NCBI GenBank assembly: GCA_046582655.1
Contig: JAYGDX010000260.1
Coordinates: 1 to 15,480 of the forward strand
Source of the DNA: Candidatus Poribacteria bacterium
Lineage (GTDB): Bacteria; Poribacteria; WGA-4E; UBA9662
Reading direction: 5' to 3'
DNA: 15,480 nt
The notes beneath the pieces were generated by a model. That model ran no database searches, was not told where the DNA came from, and was given only the letters and a program-made list of their open reading frames with translations. Position 1 is the stretch's first letter, and each line of letters begins with the position of its first letter. Shown one piece after another: positions 1 to 8,266 of the stretch. Both the position numbers and the translations under genes were made by a program.

Positions 1-1230
1 ATTGAGATTTCAGCCGATAATTTCACGGTTTATTGCAATCTTGGTAATATTTACAAAGAACAAGGGAAGTTTGAAGAAGCGATAAAATCTTATCAGCAAG
101 CTCTCAGCATCCAGCCGAATATAGCTGAAGTTCATTCTAATATGGGTCAAATCTTAGAAAAAAGCAGAATGCCCAACGAAGCAATTTCTGCGTATCAAAA
201 AGCACTTGATATTAACCCTGAACATGCTGAGATTCGCAGAAATCTCAGTGTGCCACTTTTAACACTTGGAAGTTTCAAACGAGGGTGGAAGGAATACGAA
301 TGGCGGTGGAAATGTGATAGGTTTGTCAAAAAAAACAAGAAGGATTTCCCTCAACCACTGTGGGAAAATAGCCCTCTTAGTGGTAAATCTATCGCTATTT
401 GGTTAGAGCAAGGTGTTGGGGATTGTATTATGTTTGCCTCTATTCTTGGAAAACTTCAGCAACAAGCCAAACAGATTTTGGTGGAAACTGAATATCGTCT
501 TCTTCCGATTTTTCAACGTTCTTTTCCTGGGATTGATTTTTTCTTGGCGCAAAATCCATCCCACCTTCAACTTCTAGATTCTTCGATTGATTTTCAGTCC
601 CCGATTGGTAGCCTCGCCCAATGGTTGCTTCCAAACGAAGAAAGCTTCCCCAAGTATTGTCATTATCTTGTGGCATGTCCTCATAGAACTCAAAAACTTC
701 GTCATAAACTTCAGCAACAGGCTGACGGTAAACTGCTAATTGGTATTTCATGGAAAAGTGCAAATAAGGACATCGGTGAACTCAAAAGTACGTCTCTAAT
801 CCAGTGGGAGGATCTGTTGTCGCAAAAGGATTGCTTTTTCATAAATCTTCAATATGGTGACGTCGAGGAAGAAATAGATGCCTTCACCGATGACACTAAA
901 ATATCGATTTACCAGGATAAGGAGATAGATTCACTCCAAAGTCTGGATGACTTTGCTTCTCAAATCGCCGCTCTCGATTTAATCATTTCGACATCCAACA
1001 CAACAGTCCACATGGCAGGAGCATTAGGTAGGCCAGTATGGACGTTGTTACACTATGCCCCCGATTGGAGATGGCAACTTGATCGTTCAGATACACCTTG
1101 GTATCCTTCTATGACACTTTATCGTCAGCTCTCATCGGGCGATTGGTACAGCGTTTTTCAACAAGTTCAACCTAATTTGAAACAATTCGTTGAACAGAAT
1201 CTCAAGACTCAGAAAGAGGCTTATGCCTAA
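1..1230 (+). CDS. TPR-repeat GT-B glycosyltransferase (GT9-like C-terminus, FlmG/FlbA-like), 5'-truncated by the window edge
   Basis: The frame is open from base 1 (IEISADNFTVYCNLGNIYKEQGKFEEAIKSYQQALSIQPNIAEVHSN, TPR consensus), so ATG 142 is internal. C-terminal motifs: GWKEYEWRW, EQGVGD, GISWKS, FINLQYGD, LDLIISTSNTTVHMAGALG, DWRW...TPWYPS. Confidence 0.9.
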   Translation: MEISADNFTVYCNLGNIYKEQGKFEEAIKSYQQALSIQPNIAEVHSNMGQILEKSRMPNEAISAYQKALDINPEHAEIRRNLSVPLLTLGSFKRGWKEYEWRWKCDRFVKKNKKDFPQPLWENSPLSGKSIAIWLEQGVGDCIMFASILGKLQQQAKQILVETEYRLLPIFQRSFPGIDFFLAQNPSHLQLLDSSIDFQSPIGSLAQWLLPNEESFPKYCHYLVACPHRTQKLRHKLQQQADGKLLIGISWKSANKDIGELKSTSLIQWEDLLSQKDCFFINLQYGDVEEEIDAFTDDTKISIYQDKEIDSLQSLDDFASQIAALDLIISTSNTTVHMAGALGRPVWTLLHYAPDWRWQLDRSDTPWYPSMTLYRQLSSGDWYSVFQQVQPNLKQFVEQNLKTQKEAYA

Positions 1231-3367
1231 GGCCACTGATATCCGTCCTGACTTACAAAAAGCCGTTTCACTCCATCAGTCTGGACAATTAAAACAGGCC
1301 AAAACCATTTACCAGCAGATTTTGGAGATCGAACCGGGAAATGCTGATATCTTGCATCTATTGGGACTGATATCTTACCAGTCCAGCCAATTAGAGACTG
1401 CTATTGCCCTAATTGAGCGAGCTCTTGATATTTCTCCCAATCAGCTTAATTATTTGTGGAACCTAGCTAAGATCCTTAGGGAATCAAGTCAGTTTCAGAA
1501 AGCCATTGAAGTCTATCATCAAATAATACAACTTCAACCTCAGTCGGCTAACGTCCATTATGAACTTGCCGAGACCCTTCAAATTGGGGGTCAACTTCAA
1601 CAAGCTGTTCTGATATACCAAAAGGTCATAAGTATTCATCCTGATGATTCACAGGTATATGGTCACCTTGCCATGGTTCTTTTAAAACTCGAGCAATTTG
1701 ATAAAGCTATGGATGCTTGTCAAAAAGCAATTCAAATCTTGCCTGAGAACTTTCAAGCGTATAATACTTTGGGTAATGTTTATAAGAAGCTTGGTCGATT
1801 TGAAGAAGCTATTCAAGCTTACCGTCAAGTACTCAGTATTCAGCCCAAGCTAGCTGAAACTTACTCTAATCTTGGTGACGTTTTTAAAGAATCAAATAGG
1901 TTCGGAGATGCTATGCAAGCCTATCAGCAAGCCATTGAAATTAAACCCGACCTTGCTCAAGTTCATGCTAGCATGGGTTCTATTCTCTATCAAAAATTAT
2001 CGGAGCTAGATGACATTGTAGATGGTTCAAACACGAAAAACGACGACTTAGTATTTCATGATACGATGGATGATTCCCTGGCGGAAGCTTCATGTCTCGA
2101 AAAAGTGATACAATATTATCAACGAGCTCTTGAGCTTAATCCCGTTTATTCTGCTGATGTATGTAACAATCTCGGTGTTGCCTATGCAAAGACAGGACGG
2201 TTTGAAGAAGCAATACAGCAATACAACAGAGCTATCGATATCAATCCTAAACGTGATGAGTTTTATGGCAATCTCGGTCATGCTTTATATGAGCATGGAA
2301 GACCAGAAGAAGCTATGCAAGTTTATCATAGTGCAATTGATATTAATCCTGAACATGCTGAGCATCACCGAGGATATAGCCACGCATCCTTGCTAACGGG
2401 AAATCTCCTTCAAGGGTGGAAAGAATATGAATGGCGATGGAAGAGTGACAAATTCTTGGCAGCAAATAAGAGAGTCTACCCTCTGCCTCTGTGGGATGGT
2501 AGCTCGCTTTGTGATAAATCTATCTTGGTTTGGCTTGAACAAGGAGTAGGAGATCAAATTATGTTCGCTTCCCTTCTGCCTGAGCTCCAGCAACAAGCCA
2601 AACAGGTGGTTGTTGAAATTGAATACCGTCTATTCCCGATCTTTCAGCGATCTTTTTGTGATATCCGTTTACTGATAGCAAAGTCTCGGCCTCACCCGCA
2701 GCTTCTAGAAGGATCTATGGATTTCCAATCTCCTGTTGGTAGCCTTGCTCAATGGTTTCTCCCAGATGAAGAGAGTTTTCCCAAACACCAAGCTTATCTC
2801 AAGGCATGTCCAAAGAAAACACAAAAATACAGAACGAAGTATCAACAACTTGTTGCCGGTAAGCTGCTCATCGGTATTTCGTGGAAGAGCACACGCGCAC
2901 ATAAGGATTTTGGCCGGCTAAAGAGTACTTTTCTGCATCAATGGATTGCTTTGACTTCTCAGGAGGATTGCCTGTTTATTAACCTGCAATACGGCGATGT
3001 CAAAGGTGAGATATGTGAGTTTTTTAATCAGACTGGTATATCGATTTATCAGGATGAGGAGATAGATTCACTCCAGAGTCTGGATGACTTTGCTTCCCAA
3101 ATCGCCGCCCTTGATTTAGTCATTTCGACATCCAACACAACAGTCCACATGGCTGGTGCTTTAGGAAAGCCTGTTTGGACATTATTGCATTATGCTTCAG
3201 ATTGGAGATGGCAACTTGACCGGTTAGACACCCCCTGGTATCCTTCTATGACGCTTTATCGCCAACCTTCTTTGGGGGATTGGTACAGTGTGTTTCAGCA
3301 AGTCCAACCCGATTTAAAACAATTTGTTAAGGATAACATCTACAAGATTCAAATGGGTGATTCCTAG
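1223..3367 (+). CDS. TPR-repeat GT-B glycosyltransferase (GT9-like, FlmG/FlbA-like), paralog 2
   Basis: About 10 TPR units followed by the same GT-B motifs. ATG 1223 is preferred over TTG 1190 because it follows purine-rich AGAAAGAGG (1211-1219) and overlaps the upstream stop by 8 nt. Confidence 0.9.
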   Translation: MPKATDIRPDLQKAVSLHQSGQLKQAKTIYQQILEIEPGNADILHLLGLISYQSSQLETAIALIERALDISPNQLNYLWNLAKILRESSQFQKAIEVYHQIIQLQPQSANVHYELAETLQIGGQLQQAVLIYQKVISIHPDDSQVYGHLAMVLLKLEQFDKAMDACQKAIQILPENFQAYNTLGNVYKKLGRFEEAIQAYRQVLSIQPKLAETYSNLGDVFKESNRFGDAMQAYQQAIEIKPDLAQVHASMGSILYQKLSELDDIVDGSNTKNDDLVFHDTMDDSLAEASCLEKVIQYYQRALELNPVYSADVCNNLGVAYAKTGRFEEAIQQYNRAIDINPKRDEFYGNLGHALYEHGRPEEAMQVYHSAIDINPEHAEHHRGYSHASLLTGNLLQGWKEYEWRWKSDKFLAANKRVYPLPLWDGSSLCDKSILVWLEQGVGDQIMFASLLPELQQQAKQVVVEIEYRLFPIFQRSFCDIRLLIAKSRPHPQLLEGSMDFQSPVGSLAQWFLPDEESFPKHQAYLKACPKKTQKYRTKYQQLVAGKLLIGISWKSTRAHKDFGRLKSTFLHQWIALTSQEDCLFINLQYGDVKGEICEFFNQTGISIYQDEEIDSLQSLDDFASQIAALDLVISTSNTTVHMAGALGKPVWTLLHYASDWRWQLDRLDTPWYPSMTLYRQPSLGDWYSVFQQVQPDLKQFVKDNIYKIQMGDS

Positions 3368-5748
3368 TGTTCACTTCGACTAATACCCCTTCTGAATTAC
3401 AACAAGCAATTTCATGCCATCAAGCGGGACAATTGCAACGGGCTGAAACCCTTTATCGACAAATCCTGAATAATAACCCTCAACACGCCGATGCACTACA
3501 TTTGCTTGGATTAGTGACCTATCAATCTGGAAAGGCTGAAGTTGCAATCAATTTTATTAAAGAAGCTATTCATCTTTCGCCTGAATCTCCTAGTTTTTTC
3601 TGCAATCTTGGCGATATCTTTAGGAGCCTGAGACGATTTGAAGAGGCAATCCAAGCTTACCGGCAAGCAATCACAATAGAACCAGAGTCTGCTGAAATCT
3701 ACAATGTCATAGGTATTACCTCCAAAGCTAATGGAAAAATCAGAGACGCCATTCACGCTTATCAACGGGCTATCCAAATAGATCCCAATTATGTTGAGGC
3801 ATATAATAACCTTGGTAATTCGTTCAAAGCTGATCACCAGTATGAGGGAGCTCTCCAGGCTTTTCAACAGGCATTAAATCTTAATCCAAATATAGCTGAA
3901 ATTCATAATAATTTTGGGATTGTATTGAAAGCCATGGGGCGAGTTGAAGAGGCAGTTCAGGCCTATCTACAAGCTATTGTAATTAATCCTGATTATCCGC
4001 AGGCCTACAGTAATCTCGCAGTTGCTTATGCGGAACTCGGGAAATTTGAGGAATCGCTTCAAACTTTTCAACAGGCGTTGAATCTTAATCCAAATATAGC
4101 TGGAATTCATACTGGTTATGGTAATACTTTGCAAAAACTCAACAGATTAAAGGAAGCGGTTCAAGCGTACCAGGCAGCCATCCGTGTTGACCCTAAGCAT
4201 TCCCAGGCATACAGTGACATGGGAGCAGCTTTCGCTGCACTTGAACAATTTGATCAAGCTATAAACTCCTGTAAAAAGGCAATTGAACTCGATAATCATA
4301 ACCATGAAGCCTATGATAATCTCGGTAATATTTACAACGAACTGGGACAATCAAAGGATGCGTGTCAAGCTTTTCAACAGGCTTTAGTTATCAACCCACA
4401 GGTGGCTGAGATTCATTACAATTTCGGTAATGCTCTTCAGAAAGCAAATAGGTTGGAAGATGCGCTGGAAGAATATCAGCACGCGCTCAACATTAACTCC
4501 AATATTTATTTAGCCTATAACGGTATAGGTTGTATCCTGTATAAATTAGGAGACTTTAATCAATCTGTCGGCGCATATCAGGATGCTCTTAAGTTAAAAT
4601 TGGATTGTTTTGAAGTTTATAACAACCTGGGAAATTCCTTGAGGAGCTTAGGCCGAATAGAGGAAGCTATTCAAGCTTATAAGCGTGCGTTGGAGATTCG
4701 CCCCGATTATAATGAAGCGGAACATAATTTAGGTTTAACATTATTAACTGAAGGCAAATTTACGCCAGGGTGGAATCTTTACGAGAACCGGTGGAAGATT
4801 GGCAGCAAAAAACGACAGCTTGGACAGCGTGTAGAGCAATCAGGCTTTGGTCGGTCTTATGGCGAGGCCGATTTCCCTCAGCCACTTTGGGATGGTAGTC
4901 AACTTGATAATAAATCAATTGTGGTTTGGATGGAACAAGGGATTGGAGATCATATTATGTTTTCTTCTTTACTGCCAAAACTGCAGCGTCATGCTCAGCG
5001 TGTTTTGGTGGAATCTGAACATCGCCTCCTCCCTATTTTTCAGCGTTCTTTCTCTAAAATTGAATTCTTTCCGGTTCAAAGCCCTCCGCATTCCCAACTT
5101 TTAGATACCTCCATCAATTTTCAATCTCCCATTGGCAGTCTTCCTCAGTATCTTCTTCCTGATGAGGATAGATTTATGAAATGTCCCTCTTATTTCAATG
5201 CATGTCATCATAAAACTGGGGCACTTCGGCGTAAATACTTGCAACTGTCAAATCGTAAACTTGCCGTTGGCATCTCATGGAAAAGTAAAAACAGGAATAT
5301 TGGAAAACTAAAGAGTACTTCTCTTGATCATTGGGAAGGTTTATTATCTCGTTTTCAGCGGGACTGTTTCTTCATTAATCTCCAGTATGGTGATGTGGAG
5401 GAAGAAATAGATGCGCTCATTAGTAGTAGTAAGTCTGGTGTAAGAATCTATTGTGATAAGGATATAGACCCACTCGAAAATCTAGATGATTTTTCTGCTC
5501 AAGTATCTGCTTTGGATCTAGTCATTTCGACGTCTAACACAACTGTACATATGGCGGGGGCGCTAGGAAAGCCTGTTTGGACATTATTACACTACGTACC
5601 TGATTGGAGATGGATGTTAAATCGTTCTGATTCTCCATGGTATCCTTCCATGACTTTGTTCCGGCCCGAAAAACTCGGTGACTGGTCTAGTGTTTTTCAA
5701 CAAGTTGCTGTTAGCTTAGAAGAATTGTTGCTTGATAAAAGAAGTTGA
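3367..5748 (+). CDS. TPR-repeat GT-B glycosyltransferase (GT9-like, FlmG/FlbA-like), paralog 3
   Basis: 793 aa with about 13 TPR units, then EQGIGD, GISWKS, FINLQYGD, STSNTTVHMAGALG and WRW...SPWYPS. The GTG start overlaps the upstream TAG (TAGTG), with GGGTGA at 3355-3360 as a likely RBS. Confidence 0.9.
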   Translation: MFTSTNTPSELQQAISCHQAGQLQRAETLYRQILNNNPQHADALHLLGLVTYQSGKAEVAINFIKEAIHLSPESPSFFCNLGDIFRSLRRFEEAIQAYRQAITIEPESAEIYNVIGITSKANGKIRDAIHAYQRAIQIDPNYVEAYNNLGNSFKADHQYEGALQAFQQALNLNPNIAEIHNNFGIVLKAMGRVEEAVQAYLQAIVINPDYPQAYSNLAVAYAELGKFEESLQTFQQALNLNPNIAGIHTGYGNTLQKLNRLKEAVQAYQAAIRVDPKHSQAYSDMGAAFAALEQFDQAINSCKKAIELDNHNHEAYDNLGNIYNELGQSKDACQAFQQALVINPQVAEIHYNFGNALQKANRLEDALEEYQHALNINSNIYLAYNGIGCILYKLGDFNQSVGAYQDALKLKLDCFEVYNNLGNSLRSLGRIEEAIQAYKRALEIRPDYNEAEHNLGLTLLTEGKFTPGWNLYENRWKIGSKKRQLGQRVEQSGFGRSYGEADFPQPLWDGSQLDNKSIVVWMEQGIGDHIMFSSLLPKLQRHAQRVLVESEHRLLPIFQRSFSKIEFFPVQSPPHSQLLDTSINFQSPIGSLPQYLLPDEDRFMKCPSYFNACHHKTGALRRKYLQLSNRKLAVGISWKSKNRNIGKLKSTSLDHWEGLLSRFQRDCFFINLQYGDVEEEIDALISSSKSGVRIYCDKDIDPLENLDDFSAQVSALDLVISTSNTTVHMAGALGKPVWTLLHYVPDWRWMLNRSDSPWYPSMTLFRPEKLGDWSSVFQQVAVSLEELLLDKRS

Positions 5749-5761
5749 TTCAGATAATAAT

Positions 5762-6202
5762 GTCATTTCTATCGAACCTGAATGCATCATAGTTTATGAT
5801 AATTTTATGTATGTTTATATTGCCACTCAGCAAACGCAAGATGCTATTCAAATGTAAGATGGAATTTCATCAGTGGGTTTTAGTTCCCTATTATATTGCC
5901 TAGACAGCCGATACCATGTTAAAAACCCTAGTTCAGTTTACTATTGGTATGTACGGTAAATTGCATATTAATGAAGATCTTGAAAAAACAGAATAGTTTC
6001 TCAAAAAATTTATACGAGTACAAGCATAACACATTGGGTTATGGCAGTGGCAAGGTCTCTAGTATCGGAATTTGTCGTTTGGGAAATGGGTGAAATTTGC
6101 TGTTACAATCCTGTGTGTTCGCCATTTCAGGAATTTCATTAGAAACAATATGGTGTTGTCGTCTCAACAGCTGTCTTGGGACATTGCCATCAAGAAGACA
6201 TT
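5762..6202 (+). pseudogene. Highly decayed remnant paralog of the downstream TPR-methyltransferase gene
   Basis: Colinear fragments match 6530-7073: ISIEPECIIVYDNFMYVYIATQQTQDAIQM* vs TAINPDFPAVHLNLIYAYSVAQQTENAIRMC; IGMYGKLHINEDL vs IGFYNKLHVDGDL; SITHW vs SIMHW; YGSGK; KQYGVVVSTAVLGHCHQEDI vs KRYDIVISTDVLEHCHQEDI. The remnant has multiple stops, frameshifts and deletions. Confidence 0.8.
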
Positions 6203-6229
6203 GATTCAGATTGGAAATGATTCTCTCTT

Positions 6230-7361
6230 ATGAAAAAGGTTAGTCGGGAACAAGCCATCCAAATTGCGAAGGAATGTTATCAGTCGAAACAGTACAGACA
6301 GGTCACGCAAATCTTACAACGACTAATCCAATATGGTGTTCAAGATGATGACATTTATCTTCTAATGGGCCATGCATAATTATTGCTTAGGTCAGTATCA
6401 ACAGGCAATTCAGGCGTATCTAAACGGAATACAGATTGCAGATTCTGCTGTTTGCCATGCCAATTTAGGTAATGCACATGTCCAGCAAGGATGTTACAAC
6501 GACGCAATTGACTCATATAGTAAAGCTACTGCTATCAACCCCGATTTTCCAGCGGTACACTTGAATTTAATTTATGCCTATTCTGTTGCGCAACAAACTG
6601 AGAATGCTATACGGATGTGCGGCCAAGTCCTAAGTAATAAATGTGATTCTAACAGCTTAGAAGTTGCTTTGCAAAGCGAATATACTAGGAATAGCCCAAG
6701 TCCTAATTATCTTTCACTGATTGGCTTCTACAACAAATTGCATGTTGATGGAGATTTGAACAGTAAGGAAGAAGCTAAGGAGGTATATGCAGGCCGAAGT
6801 ATAATGCACTGGATTAATCAGATAAAAAATCTCATTGCTCTGACAGATTCCCAAGATTTATTGGATTATGGCAGTGGAAAAGGTTTCCAATACCATAATC
6901 TGTCGTTGGAGGGCAACGATCAAATCAGATATCAAAGCCTCCAAGATTATTGGAAAGTGGATGAGATCTATTGTTACGATCCTACCTATTCACCCCACCA
7001 GAAATTCCCTCAGAAACGGTATGATATTGTCATTTCAACAGATGTCTTAGAACACTGTCACCAAGAAGACATCAAGTGAATTATAGACGAGATCTTCGGC
7101 TTGGCCAAGAAATGTGTCTTTGCAACTATTGCTTGCTTTGTTGCGCAGAGACTTCTGCCAAACGGAGAAAATGCTCATTGCACTATTCGGCCGGGAGTCT
7201 GGTGGAATAAAATATTACAATCGGTTACGCCTAATTATCCGGATGTCAAGTATTGGTTTCTAGTAGAATATCTTTATCTCGATATTGTTGGAGAAAAACG
7301 TGTTTTTCAAACACTTAGTAATTTTAATCATGTTGAGGGGATCTTAAAGTTGAGTACTTAG
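6230..7361 (+). pseudogene. TPR + class I SAM-dependent methyltransferase, disrupted by one frameshift and one in-frame TGA
   Basis: ATG 6230 reads MKKVSREQAIQIAKECYQSKQYRQ...IYLLMGHA* (TAA 6377-6379). The TPR continues in the +1 frame (NYCLGQYQQAIQAY). SAM motifs are LLDYGSGKG and STDVLEH. TGA 7077-7079 is in frame with the 7101-7361 ORF (EDIK*IIDEIFGLAKKCVFATIAC...NGENAHCT...WW), so ORFs 6372-7079 and 7101-7361 belong to one gene. Confidence 0.85.
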
Positions 7362-7391
7362 AACCCGTGTAAAACATAGAAGGATTGAAAT

Positions 7392-7425
7392 GTAGGGGCG
7401 TAGCATATTACACTCCTTTTTCTTT
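7392..7425 (+). terminator. Imperfect hairpin plus T-tract; possible intrinsic terminator or degenerate GTAG-type REP
   Basis: GT-AGGGGCGTA-GCATAT-TACACTCCT-TTTTCTTT, 30 nt after the stop at 7361. The stem has one mismatch and one G-U pair. Confidence 0.4.
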
Positions 7426-7581
7426 AATGCGCACGACATGCTACAAAGCGTTACAATAACTGGCTTAACATATCAACAATGACGGCGGCTACAGCCTTGT
7501 CTGACAAAACTGGACCTACCACCTGTGGGGCCACCTCCGCTGATAGGATTAGAGCCTAAGTTTTAATGCTATCTTGTCCAG

Positions 7582-7656
7582 TCAACGCTATTAATAGCGT
7601 GTGCTTGCAAATTTTGCGCTTTGGCAAGTTGCCTATTATTACGTAAATAGCGTTGA
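7582..7656. repeat. 75-bp element bounded by a perfect 11-bp inverted repeat, with a nested palindrome
   Basis: TCAACGCTATT (7582-7592) pairs with AATAGCGTTGA (7646-7656). Perfect 16-bp palindrome ACGCTATTAATAGCGT at 7585-7600. Inner pairs AATAG/CTATT and CTTGC/GCAAG. Confidence 0.6.
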
Positions 7657-7755
7657 GAAGAAGGGGGTTTGTTTCAATCGTACTTTACATCAATAAACTC
7701 GAGTCCAAGCTGATGAGCATGGTAATCCAGCGCTGCTACGATTGACAGTCAATCA

Positions 7756-7887
7756 GTCAAAACCAGCCTGCTGGCTAGCAGGCATGGCTTGAACAGGCAC
7801 AAGAAATTAAAGGACATATTATAGTATACACACTGGGTATTCTATTATAAGCTCAAGTGGCCGATGCCTACGGCTATCGGTAGATAG
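7756..7887. mobile_element. Possible non-autonomous IS200/IS605-like end remnant (two facing subterminal-type hairpins)
   Basis: GTCAA-AACCA-GCCTGCT-GGCT-AGCAGGC-ATGG-CTTGAA (7756-7793) and TCAAG-TGG-CCGATGCC-TAC-GGCTATCGG-TAG (7853-7883). The CAAG..hairpin..GGT(AG/TT)TTGAC layout resembles IS200/IS605 ends. No transposase lies between the hairpins. Confidence 0.3.
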
Positions 7888-8266
7888 TGATTTTAGAGAA
7901 AATTAAGGTCCTGATTGCAGAGTCAGTTTCAAACAATGCCGGAAATTGTGGTCAGTTTTAGAGAATGAATGCCTTTTAAAAGGTTTAAACAAATTTAGAT
8001 GTAATTTTCTATAAAAAAAGTTAGTTCTGAACAAGACACTATCTGGCAATGATGAAGAGCTTCAATATAAAATACCCTTCCTAGAACCAATTTTGTAATC
8101 AGTATATGGGCTTTTTCAGAGATTGGTAATGCTATTCATAGCTTTCCAGCTTATATTACTAAATCTACGTTATCAACATCCTCTGTCCGATACAGAAATG
8201 TGGTATTAGAATTAGTGTGGGTCATAGAGCAAATTAAGATACAATTTAAGTAATGATGGTGTTCTC

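Noticed and set aside
1..5748. O-GlcNAc transferase / SPINDLY (GT41) assignment
   Set aside because: The catalytic domains lack GT41-type motifs (GYxSxDF..H, WLGYP.TTG) and carry the EQGxGD...VHxAGALG...WRW..PWYPS signature instead.
7077..7079. TGA recoding (genetic code 4/25 or selenocysteine) in the methyltransferase
   Set aside because: Genes ending at 5748 and 12422 use TGA as a true stop at the expected C-terminus, conserved Trp residues elsewhere are TGG, and the same gene has an independent frameshift.
7900..8255. Possible decayed gene fragment (plus-strand VISIWAFSEIG...)
   Set aside because: A single short motif-like stretch with no start and no colinear support from other segments.
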